From: a virus | Direction: 5' to 3' (one strand) | Virus genome (UHGV): UHGV-0105223 | DNA length: 34,682 bases | In this document: one piece after another, positions 24,938 through 32,742 of the stretch | How the letters are laid out: each line of letters starts with the position of its first letter | Position numbering within the stretch: position 1 is the first letter of the stretch | Program-made: the position numbers and the translations under genes | The notes under the pieces: model-generated | What the model was told of the DNA's origin: nothing | Databases searched by the model: none | What the model saw: the letters and a program-made list of their open reading frames with translations, nothing else

Positions 24938-27031
24938 TTAAAATGGTCTCATTCCTATTACTTTTGTTGTGTTAAAGTTCATTTCATCTTCGAGGCTATA
25001 CCTGATTGCGTCGACCAAATGATTAAACGCATCCACAGGCTCATCATTTACAAAATCGCCGTTTTTATCCCGTTTGTATTGATAATTTTTAAATTCTGCA
25101 ATCGCATTTGTGCAGCTTGGATGAATGATTATTTTATCAAACTGCTGCATATATTTAAGACCGCTTAAAACACTACCTTTGCCTTTTTTTGCGGCAACTG
25201 CATTTAAACCGTAGCTTTGATATTCCTGAACACTCTTTGGCTCTGCGCTGTCACAGATAATACGTTCATTTCTTACGTATTTTTTAACAAGTTCTGAACT
25301 CTCTTTGTTCAAAAGTTTTGTTTGATAAATCTCATTACAGATATAAAGTCTGTTTTGTTCTATTGCACATTCAACAAATGCGAACGGGTCGTTTGAAAAT
25401 CCCCAGTCAATCCCGTATCTGTATTTTGAAAATCTGTTTTTGTCAAAGTCAGCAACTTCAAAGTTTTCAAATACAAGCCCTTCCGCAATCCCCAGTTCAC
25501 CGAGTCCGTAAACCCGCCAAAAATTATTATCGCCTTTTCTGGCTTCGATACTGTCTATTATTGTCTGTTCAAGAAAGGGATTGTCTTTATACGTCGATTT
25601 TATTAAAGTAGCTTTTTGAGGCTCGTCTTTGAAAATCTTATCGTGAACCCAGAACTCATTTGTCGGGTTATAGTCAATAAAAATGTTTTTTCGAGTTCTT
25701 ACAAGAAGTTGTTCAACAATATTATAGTGCTGGTGATTTGCTTCATTCAGATATAAAAAATCACGTCTGCCGCCATGTGCTGAACCCAGTTTATCAAAGG
25801 AAAGAAAAGTTACAATTCCTTTTCCTGCCTGAAAGATTTTATCCGATGATTTGTAGTGTTTGTAAAAATCTATGCCGAACTGATTACAGACATCGGGCAT
25901 ATCATTTAAAACGCCAGTTTTTAGATGCGGAACAGATAAACCGACTATATCAATTTTAACTTTGTATTTGAGCGACAAGGTAACAAGTAGTTGAAGGATT
26001 GAGAATGTTTTCGTTGAATTATGTACTAAAATATCTTTTCCTGCATAAATGCAATAATTGTGGTTATTTTCTACTTCAATATCATATACAACAGACTGAT
26101 TATAAATTTCATAACTTAATATATCATCAATACTTAAACATCTCGCCACATATTCTTTCGGTGATTTACAATTTCTTTTATGCAACATTCCGAAACACCA
26201 TATTTTCCCGCAAGTTGCTTTCTTCCATAAAATCTGCCACCACTTTGAGCAATTTGTCTTATTTCTCTTACTTGTTCCCCTGTTAGTTTTGAATTGCCAT
26301 TGAGAGAGCCACGTTTCGGAGTTATTAAGTTGTGTTTGTATGCGTGTAATAAATTCTCTGATTTTGTTACATATTCCAAATTGTCTATTGCATTGTTTAA
26401 TTTGTTTCCGTCTTTGTGATTTATTTCTAATTTTTGTGGTTTTTCTCCTAAAAATGTTAATGTTATAAATCTGTGAACAGTCCAACTGCAATATTTTCCA
26501 CAATCGTTTAATAACATTGTTTTTAAATATCCGTCTTTCGCAAGTGCAGGTTTCAATATTTTTACTTTGCCAGAATTCTTGTAATTTGTTGACCTTATTC
26601 TCCCCAAATTTGACGCCTCGTATCTGCTGAAATTCGGTATCTGTTTCCATTCCTCTTGCATTTTGTATTTCTCCTTTTTCTTTTAATTCTATCATACTTT
26701 TTAGAGAGATACAACCACCCTCAACAAAAAACTTGTGGTCTGATGTCGCAATAAAACTATTACCATTATTTAATTTTACTTTGTATGTTTCTTTGTGATT
26801 TTTATATCTAAATACATTTTTTACTTTTTCATAATCAAACTTTTTATATTTTTCGTTATAAGATAACACAAAATCACCTATTTGCACTTGTGAAATAGGT
26901 TTATAACCATTTGCAGTATTTATTAGCGTTTCAGGAGCAAAGCACGATGTTCCGCCTTGATTAATAATGTATCTGAAATTATCTTTTAATGCTCCTGCGT
27001 TTTTTCTAAATACAGGCGATAACTTTAACAT
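24938..27031 (-). CDS. terL: Terminase large subunit (PBSX-like), intein-containing; 388 aa after splicing
   Basis: Spliced Walker A NQGGTS|STKT, LYLNEAN, IDYNPT, STYKDNPFL, GIDWGFSNDP, CDSAEPK, NHLVDAIRY. Confidence 0.95.
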   Translation of the reverse strand: MLKLSPVFRKNAGALKDNFRYIINQGGTSCFAPETLINTANGYKPISQVQIGDFVLSYNEKYKKFDYEKVKNVFRYKNHKETYKVKLNNGNSFIATSDHKFFVEGGCISLKSMIELKEKGEIQNARGMETDTEFQQIRGVKFGENKVNKLQEFWQSKNIETCTCERRIFKNNVIKRLWKILQLDCSQIYNINIFRRKTTKIRNKSQRRKQIKQCNRQFGICNKIREFITRIQTQLNNSETWLSQWQFKTNRGTSKRNKTNCSKWWQILWKKATCGKIWCFGMLHKRNCKSPKEYVARCLSIDDILSYEIYNQSVVYDIEVENNHNYCIYAGKDILVHNSTKTFSILQLLVTLSLKYKVKIDIVGLSVPHLKTGVLNDMPDVCNQFGIDFYKHYKSSDKIFQAGKGIVTFLSFDKLGSAHGGRRDFLYLNEANHQHYNIVEQLLVRTRKNIFIDYNPTNEFWVHDKIFKDEPQKATLIKSTYKDNPFLEQTIIDSIEARKGDNNFWRVYGLGELGIAEGLVFENFEVADFDKNRFSKYRYGIDWGFSNDPFAFVECAIEQNRLYICNEIYQTKLLNKESSELVKKYVRNERIICDSAEPKSVQEYQSYGLNAVAAKKGKGSVLSGLKYMQQFDKIIIHPSCTNAIAEFKNYQYKRDKNGDFVNDEPVDAFNHLVDAIRYSLEDEMNFNTTKVIGMRPF
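26018..26944 (-). mobile_element. Intein (309 aa, TerL residues 30-338)
   Basis: Block A CFAPETLI, block B ATSDHKF, block F VYDIEVENNHNY, block G ILVHN followed by Ser+1. Confidence 0.95.
26134..26661 (-). CDS. NUMOD4-HNH homing endonuclease with C-terminal HTH, nested in the +1 frame of the intein
   Basis: EEWKQIPNFSRYEASNLGRIRS; VHRFI...INHKDGNKLNNAIDNLEYVTKSEN; SKLTGEQVREIR...QLAGKYGVS; AAGGAG 9 nt before the ATG. Confidence 0.93.
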   Translation of the reverse strand: MQEEWKQIPNFSRYEASNLGRIRSTNYKNSGKVKILKPALAKDGYLKTMLLNDCGKYCSWTVHRFITLTFLGEKPQKLEINHKDGNKLNNAIDNLEYVTKSENLLHAYKHNLITPKRGSLNGNSKLTGEQVREIRQIAQSGGRFYGRKQLAGKYGVSECCIKEIVNHRKNMWRDV

Positions 27032-27414
27032 CAGATACCCTCTAAAATTTCTTTATCCTCATCGCTTCCGACTACAATATTTATTCCTTTAGCATCAACA
27101 TTCAAATCTTGCTTATCACGCCATTTATCAGGCTGTCTGTTTTTTAGCCAGAAGATACAAGCTGTAGTGTCAGGCGGAGTTTTTTCATCGCCGCAAGCTT
27201 TTTTATAAAGAGATTTAACAACTTTAAAATCTGCTTCTTCTTTTCCTCTTTTTAAGGACTGGAAAAAGTCAGGGTGTTTATGTTTCCAGTTATTTAAAGT
27301 TTTCTCGTCAATTGAGAAATACTCACATAGCTGTTTATCAGTGGCACCTAACAAAGAAAGCTTATAAGCTTGTTCAATATATTCTTCTTTAAATTTTGTC
27401 GGTCTGCCCTTCAT
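27031..27414 (-). CDS. terS: Terminase small subunit
   Basis: GRPTKFKEEY, LGATDKQL, WK..HPDF, PPDTTACIFWLKNRQPDKWRDK; TGATG-coupled to TerL. Confidence 0.9.
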   Translation of the reverse strand: MKGRPTKFKEEYIEQAYKLSLLGATDKQLCEYFSIDEKTLNNWKHKHPDFFQSLKRGKEEADFKVVKSLYKKACGDEKTPPDTTACIFWLKNRQPDKWRDKQDLNVDAKGINIVVGSDEDKEILEGI

Positions 27415-27535
27415 AAGATATACTCTTTAAATCATTTTTGATATAATCTTGAGATTTTTTTATAAAAACCCCGTATTTTTGTAACCTAACTTAACATTGA
27501 TATACTGATGTGATATAAACTTTATTTGTCTTAGT

Positions 27536-28003
27536 TTATTGTTTTGGGATATACAATCCTGTTTCTTCACACAGCGGACTATCCGCTATGACTTTAACTT
27601 TTATCCCTTTGCCTTGAGCGAACGCAATCCACTGTTCTAAACATTCTTTTTGTTTTGTCCGGCTTTCATCTTTTGTTTTAAAATCACATCCGCAATAAAG
27701 AATCTCATCATAGCCTTTGAGTATTGCATAAGCTGTCATATACGACATTGATGAGGCAAAATATCTGTATCTTATATTGCTGCGCCCTTCAACAGGGATA
27801 TTGCGCAGTTTGTACGCTTGTTCATAAGGGTAATTGATTTGTGTAATAGTGTTTTCTATAAACTCATTAGTGTGCAAATTCCACCACAAATCCCAGCGTT
27901 TGAATTTGTTTTTATGATGGTTCAGTCCCCAGACTTCGTAATCTAAATCCCAGTCAAAGTTTCTTAAGGAGCTGCCTACTCCGCATATTGCTACTTTTTT
28001 CAT
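27536..28003 (-). CDS. Putative MptE/Maf/sialyltransferase-like Rossmann-fold transferase
   Basis: KKVAICGVGSS, EVWGLN, SSMSYMTAYAILKGYDEILYCGCDF. Confidence 0.55.
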   Translation of the reverse strand: MKKVAICGVGSSLRNFDWDLDYEVWGLNHHKNKFKRWDLWWNLHTNEFIENTITQINYPYEQAYKLRNIPVEGRSNIRYRYFASSMSYMTAYAILKGYDEILYCGCDFKTKDESRTKQKECLEQWIAFAQGKGIKVKVIADSPLCEETGLYIPKQ

Positions 28004-28039
28004 AACTAAAAAAATACGGCCAGAAAAAAACAGTTGCCA

Positions 28040-28432
28040 TTACACATAAATCTGGCCGAGCCTATGTATTGTTGTTTGGATTTCGTTCAAAATTTCGTAG
28101 TCACCGTTAAAGTTCTTCCTAAGCTGCAAATATACAGGATTTCCGTTTTTATCCTTTTTTCTTGTTTTTTGAAAATCCCCGTAATAAACGTTTTGGTTGC
28201 TTTTGCTGCCTTGTTTGGTGTTGTTTTTGAGTCTTTGATATTTTTTAAATTCATTTATGGCAATTTTCCCGGAAAAGTGTTTTTCCCTGTCGTGGCCGTC
28301 CTTATACATTGTATAAATCAAGGTATGAGCTGTTCCGCAGCCCTGACAAAAACCAAAATCAACACGCTTGTAATACCCGTTATTGCGAAAAACCAAACGG
28401 GTAACGCTTAAACGTTCACCACAGCAATACAT
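28040..28432 (-). CDS. Hypothetical Zn-binding basic protein (start re-called to MYCCGE)
   Basis: CC...CQGC motif; the 50 upstream codons of the track ORF look like leader sequence. Confidence 0.6.
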   Translation of the reverse strand: MYCCGERLSVTRLVFRNNGYYKRVDFGFCQGCGTAHTLIYTMYKDGHDREKHFSGKIAINEFKKYQRLKNNTKQGSKSNQNVYYGDFQKTRKKDKNGNPVYLQLRKNFNGDYEILNEIQTTIHRLGQIYV

Positions 28433-28636
28433 AAAAAATCCCCAAAAAATAAAGTAAACAACAAAGCCCTTTTTTACCTTCCGGCTAACCACCATAGCTC
28501 CAGTCCGCCTCATACGTGCAACTTTAAGTCCGGCATTAGATGGTTCAGGCTTATTCATATTATACAATATTGCTATAGACATTTGTACATAACATGAAGA
28601 AACATGAAGTTGAGTTTAAAAATATAATTTACGAAA

Positions 28637-29002
28637 TTAAATCTGATATTCCTGTTTAGTATTATCGCCGATAATGCTTGTACGTTCAATTCCCTGCTGT
28701 TTTGCCAATTCTTTTAATGCATATCTTATTAAATTTCGATTATTGCCTTGCAATTGATTTAGCCACATATACTCGTTAACAACGATAGTATATTTGCCGT
28801 TTTCTACTTTTCGGGATTTAATAAGTCCGGTAGCTTCGTATGTTATAATAAAATCTTCGACATTAGCAGCAACTTGATGAATTTCTCTCATTTGCCAGCT
28901 TTCAGTTGGCGGCTCATTTTTCGAGCCGATAAAAGAAAGAAAAACAAATAAAATCGCTAAACCACATATTATAGGCACCCAGTTTGTTTTATTTTCCGAC
29001 AT
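28637..29002 (-). CDS. Membrane-anchored hypothetical protein (superinfection-exclusion-like position)
   Basis: N-terminal TM WVPIICGLAILFVFLSFIG; divergent from the early promoter. Confidence 0.6.
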   Translation of the reverse strand: MSENKTNWVPIICGLAILFVFLSFIGSKNEPPTESWQMREIHQVAANVEDFIITYEATGLIKSRKVENGKYTIVVNEYMWLNQLQGNNRNLIRYALKELAKQQGIERTSIIGDNTKQEYQI

Positions 29003-29019
29003 TAATTAAAATTAAAGTG

Positions 29020-29048
29020 TTGACAGTATGATTTATATGTGATATAAA
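29020..29048 (+). promoter_or_regulatory. Strong sigma70-type early promoter
   Basis: TTGACA-17 bp-TATAAA with extended TG. Confidence 0.85.
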
Positions 29049-29081
29049 TATATGCATACAATACAAATAAAGGATTTCACA

Positions 29082-29231
29082 ATGTCTAAAGATTTTTTGT
29101 ACAGATTTCCGGACGAGAATGTTAAACGAGAATTTAAAATTCACGCTGCAAATCAAGACAAAACTATGACCGAACTACTGGGAGAAATAGTAACCCGGTA
29201 TTTAGAGGAGACAAAGAGGGTTAAAGCTTAA
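29082..29231 (+). CDS. Ribbon-helix-helix (Arc/ParG-like) regulator, 49 aa, not in the ORF track
   Basis: AAGGA RBS; MSKDFLYRFPDENVKREFKIHAANQDKTMTELLGEIVTRYLEETKRVKA has the strand-helix-helix RHH pattern. Confidence 0.75.
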   Translation: MSKDFLYRFPDENVKREFKIHAANQDKTMTELLGEIVTRYLEETKRVKA

Positions 29232-29454
29232 CCCCCGTAATCTCCCGTAAAAATTCTATCCAAAACAAGCCTGAATGTCAATTTTAAGGGCTTATTTGGT
29301 ATGCAAAATTTACATTTATCTATTAACTTACAGCGCACTTTGACAATTAAAGATACTTGAAAAAATCCGCTAAATGTGTAAGCGGCGGCAACAGCCAAAG
29401 TCGTGTCAGCTTCTAATCACAGACCGGCGGTTTAGAGAGGCAAAAAAGATTTAT

Positions 29455-29540
29455 GAACCTTGATTATTCAAGGCGGGGTTTGTTTGTATCTTGCCGAAAC
29501 TGAAGAAACAATCTGACAGCCCGGAAAGACGGGCATTTAA
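29455..29540 (+). ncRNA. c4-like antisense RNA candidate
   Basis: CTGACA-GCCCG-GAAAGA-CGGGC 3' module (29513-29534) matches the c4 RNA motif as I recall it, preceded by a TTGTTT...AAACAA stem-loop. Boundaries approximate. Confidence 0.6.
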
Positions 29541-29670
29541 AATAGAAATGTTTTTTACTTAATTTCTATTCAAAAAAAGTTTGCGCAAAGCGGGCGGAAG
29601 GAATTTTTAAGCATTTTGCATTCGCCTTGAAAAAATAATAACGAAAATGCTTGTAAATCAAACAGACCTT

Positions 29671-29714
29671 GCCCGTGCATTTTCTACTCATATCCCTTGC
29701 ACGGGCTTTTATTT
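29671..29714 (+). terminator. Terminator/attenuator in the early leader
   Basis: GCCCGTGCA...TGCACGGGC followed by TTTTATTT. Confidence 0.6.
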
Positions 29715-29737
29715 CAAAATCCGCAGGAGTTTACAAA

Positions 29738-30004
29738 ATGAATGAAGATTTTATCTATGAAGCGATTGTATGTTTTATATGGTTAATGCTTCTTATTCCG
29801 TTTATGATTCGTGAGCTTTTACAGAAAAGAAAAGTACTTGATGAGTTCACACGCACAAAGCTTATGAAAGTAGGACGTTTTGCCTATGACGTGTTTGAAA
29901 AAGAAAACAAAGCAACAGCCAAACAGCGCACAGCGCAGTTTATGCGTGAAGTTTACAACAACGGCGAATTGAACAACAAATACGACCTTATTAAGGGAGC
30001 TTAG
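29738..30004 (+). CDS. Hypothetical membrane-anchored protein (start re-called to ATG 29738)
   Basis: AGGAG RBS; TM segment AIVCFIWLMLLIPFMI. Confidence 0.7.
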   Translation: MNEDFIYEAIVCFIWLMLLIPFMIRELLQKRKVLDEFTRTKLMKVGRFAYDVFEKENKATAKQRTAQFMREVYNNGELNNKYDLIKGA

Positions 30005-30005
30005 T

Positions 30006-30200
30006 ATGTATAACGAAAAGATTTTATTAAAAATGCTTGATGAAACTATTGATTTTATGGTTGAGCAGGGCTGCTGCAGGGATTGCATATATTCAGGCAC
30101 TGCAGACTGCCAAACAAATCTTGCAAACAATATGTGTGCTGACGGCATTTTTGAAGGAATGTACAGAAAATACAAAAAACAAATAAAGAAGGTGTCGTGA
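30006..30200 (+). CDS. Small Cys-rich hypothetical protein
   Basis: GGGAG RBS; CCRDC...C...C. Confidence 0.7.
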   Translation: MYNEKILLKMLDETIDFMVEQGCCRDCIYSGTADCQTNLANNMCADGIFEGMYRKYKKQIKKVS

Positions 30201-30826
30201 TGAATATTTATGAAAAATTATTAAAGATAAAAGAATCTGTCGAATATTTAAAAAAAGCTCAAAAGAGCCAGCAATACGACTTTGTTTCAAGCTCGCAAGT
30301 TATTGCCGCATTGAGGTCAAGTATGAATGAGCAAAAATTATTGCTTGTGCCTAATGTGGAAGAAGCAAAATTCAGCACAATTGTTGAAAAAACAAATGCA
30401 AAAGGTAACTTAACAGCTGATTTGTTAACAGAAGTATTTATCACTTATACCTGGATAAATGCTGAAAAACCAGAAGAAACATTATCGGTTAAATGGTATG
30501 GACAAGGACTTGATACAAGCGGTGAAAAAGGTGTAGGTAAAGCTTATACCTACGCTGAAAAATATTTTTTATTGAAATTTTTCAATATCCCTACCGATAA
30601 AGATGACCCGGACTTTTTTGAGCAAAAACAGAAAAGAAAAGTAAAAGCGAACAATATCGATGACACAGATATTTACGCCGGCATTGATTGCTTGAACTCA
30701 TTTGCAGAACTTCAATCATATTATCAGAAATTTAAGACCCAAGTGTCTGACAAGGCAGAGTTTAACAAAGCTATAAATAACCGCAATAAAGTCTTGAAAG
30801 AGGGTAATAATGAAAATTTATACTAA
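30197..30826 (+). CDS. erf: ERF-family single-strand annealing protein
   Basis: NIYEKLLKIK, GQGLDTSGEKGVGKAYTYAEKYFLLKFFNIPT. Confidence 0.88.
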   Translation: MMNIYEKLLKIKESVEYLKKAQKSQQYDFVSSSQVIAALRSSMNEQKLLLVPNVEEAKFSTIVEKTNAKGNLTADLLTEVFITYTWINAEKPEETLSVKWYGQGLDTSGEKGVGKAYTYAEKYFLLKFFNIPTDKDDPDFFEQKQKRKVKANNIDDTDIYAGIDCLNSFAELQSYYQKFKTQVSDKAEFNKAINNRNKVLKEGNNENLY

Positions 30827-31442
30827 TCTTGAACAAAAAAGCGATGAGTGGCTGCGAATCCGCAGCGGAAAACTCACTGCCTCAAATGCCCAAGCAATAG
30901 CAACGGGCGGAAAAGGTTTACAGACTCTTTGCCTTGAGACAACTGCCGAGTTTTACTCGACAGTTCCAAAAGAACAGATAGAGAACGAACATATTCAAAG
31001 AGGTATTGAGCTTGAAGCTGAAGCCCGTTCTGTCTACGAAATGGAAACCGGCAACAAAGTTATTGAAGTCGGATTTGTTGAGCTGAATGAATATGTCGGC
31101 TGTTCACCTGACGGAATACTTGAAGGACAGCCAGTAGGCATAGAAATAAAATGTCCGTCTGACAGGGTTTATTTAGATGTTTTGCTAAACAAAACAATAG
31201 ACCCCAAATATTATGCACAAATGCAAATGCAGATGATGATTTGCGAATGGACAGCGTGTGATTATGTTGTCTATAACCCGAATTTTGAAATTTGTATTTG
31301 CATTCAAAGAGTTTACCCTGATGATGAATTCAGAAAAAAGCTGACCGCAGGGTTAAAGAAGGGAACGGAGATTATTAAAGATTTGCACGAGAAAATGAGG
31401 GAAATAAATGAGCATAGAGGATTACAGCAGCGAGCTTCTTAG
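30810..31442 (+). CDS. YqaJ / lambda-exonuclease family recombination nuclease
   Basis: EQKSDEWLRIRSGKLTAS, RGIELEAEAR, GCSPDGI, IEIKCP, YYAQMQMQM. Confidence 0.93.
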   Translation: MKIYTNLEQKSDEWLRIRSGKLTASNAQAIATGGKGLQTLCLETTAEFYSTVPKEQIENEHIQRGIELEAEARSVYEMETGNKVIEVGFVELNEYVGCSPDGILEGQPVGIEIKCPSDRVYLDVLLNKTIDPKYYAQMQMQMMICEWTACDYVVYNPNFEICICIQRVYPDDEFRKKLTAGLKKGTEIIKDLHEKMREINEHRGLQQRAS

Positions 31443-31782
31443 CACGGCAAAGGAGCTTAAAGAACTTGCTTTTGAATACAAAAATGCACGCAGTGACTAT
31501 TCGCAGGCATTAAACGGCTTGATTGCGCTTATACATAAATCAGGGCTGGCAAAAGACAAAGCAGCATTTGAAAATAAAATCCCGAAACTGCTTGAAACAG
31601 AGTTTAAACCTGAAGCACAAAGACTGATAAAGCAGTTTTATGATTCTCAATCGCTGTACAAGGGGCTTGAAGAGGTTTTAAAAGCCTATCAGGCTCATAT
31701 ATCGGGGATTCAATCGGTTATTAAATACAATCTGTCAGGAGAAGTGGCAGAGGCTACCAGATTAAAGTATGGAGGTTATTAA
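31408..31782 (+). CDS. Hypothetical helical protein
   Basis: GAGG RBS; operon packing. Confidence 0.7.
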   Translation: MSIEDYSSELLSTAKELKELAFEYKNARSDYSQALNGLIALIHKSGLAKDKAAFENKIPKLLETEFKPEAQRLIKQFYDSQSLYKGLEEVLKAYQAHISGIQSVIKYNLSGEVAEATRLKYGGY

Positions 31783-32013
31783 ATGAAAATAGGTAATGCT
31801 TGGACAAAGACATCAGAAGAAGGAAGAACGTTTCTTTCCGTTGCATTAGACGAGGTTATTCTAGAAAAATACCCGTTTTTAAAAAACTGTTTTATAAATC
31901 TATGGCGTATACCTGCAGAAGAAAGAAAAAACGAAAACTCTCCGGGGTGGAACGTCAATCTTTCTGTTAAAAAGCAAAAAGAAGAAACAGTCGAAGAAGA
32001 AATTATTTCATAA
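31783..32013 (+). CDS. DUF736-like putative ssDNA-binding protein
   Basis: KIGNAWTKTSEEGRTFLSVALD, acidic tail; GGAGG RBS. Confidence 0.65.
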   Translation: MKIGNAWTKTSEEGRTFLSVALDEVILEKYPFLKNCFINLWRIPAEERKNENSPGWNVNLSVKKQKEETVEEEIIS

Positions 32014-32028
32014 CTCCTTAAGGTATCA

Positions 32029-32064
32029 CTGCGGAGCGTTCGATGCAGACGCTCCGTTTTCTTT
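32029..32064 (+). terminator. Putative intrinsic terminator
   Basis: CGGAGCGT...ACGCTCCG followed by TTTTCTTT. Confidence 0.65.
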
Positions 32065-32076
32065 AGAAAGGTAAAT

Positions 32077-32742
32077 ATGAGAGAATATTTCAAATTTTAC
32101 AGAAATTTTTATGAAGCTATCGAAAATTTAGGCGAAAAATCTCAGCTGCTTTTATACAAAAGTGTGATGAAATTGTACTTTAATCGGTGCAAAAACGTCA
32201 CGGAATTGGAACAGCTTTGTTCCGAAATTGAAACGAAATTGGAACAAAAACGGAACGTTTTCGGAACGTTTTTAGCAATAAAACCTTTGATAATGAAATC
32301 GGCAAAAGCCTACTTACAAAACGATTCTGCAGGACACAAAGAGGAACAAAAAAACAACGTGACCCCAGGGGGGTTAATAAATAATAAAGAAAGAATAATA
32401 AAGAATAAAGAAAAAGAAATATATAAAGAAAAGAAAACACACATTGACCCTTACTCTAATTCAATCAAAAAAAATTTTTGTGATGAGTACAAAAAAATAT
32501 TTGGATGCGTTCCAATTTTGACACGTTTTGATTGTGAAAAACTCACAAGCTTATCAATAGACATAGACAACTTTGAAGAATTGATACCGATTGCAATAGC
32601 GCGGCTGAAAAAAATTGAATTTGACGATATCAACTACAAACCCAGCGCTAACTGGCTGTTAAAAGATAACAATTTTGCCAAAGTCATAAACGGAGAATTT
32701 ACAAAAGATGAGATTAAGGAGATAGACGGATGGCACTTATGA
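32077..32742 (+). CDS. Replication initiator (DUF6291-like N-terminus)
   Basis: FKFYRNFYEAIENL, K/E/N-rich linker, NWLLKDNNFAKVING C-terminus; upstream of the DnaC-like gene. Confidence 0.75.
   Translation: MREYFKFYRNFYEAIENLGEKSQLLLYKSVMKLYFNRCKNVTELEQLCSEIETKLEQKRNVFGTFLAIKPLIMKSAKAYLQNDSAGHKEEQKNNVTPGGLINNKERIIKNKEKEIYKEKKTHIDPYSNSIKKNFCDEYKKIFGCVPILTRFDCEKLTSLSIDIDNFEELIPIAIARLKKIEFDDINYKPSANWLLKDNNFAKVINGEFTKDEIKEIDGWHL

Noticed and set aside
26018..26944. Group I intron explanation for the TerL insertion
   Set aside because: The insertion is an exact multiple of three, is open in the TerL frame and carries all protein-splicing motifs at its borders.
28450..28500. SRP RNA, suggested by CCGGAAGG on the - strand
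   Set aside because: The flanking conserved SRP internal-loop residues are absent; only a GNRA hairpin is supported.
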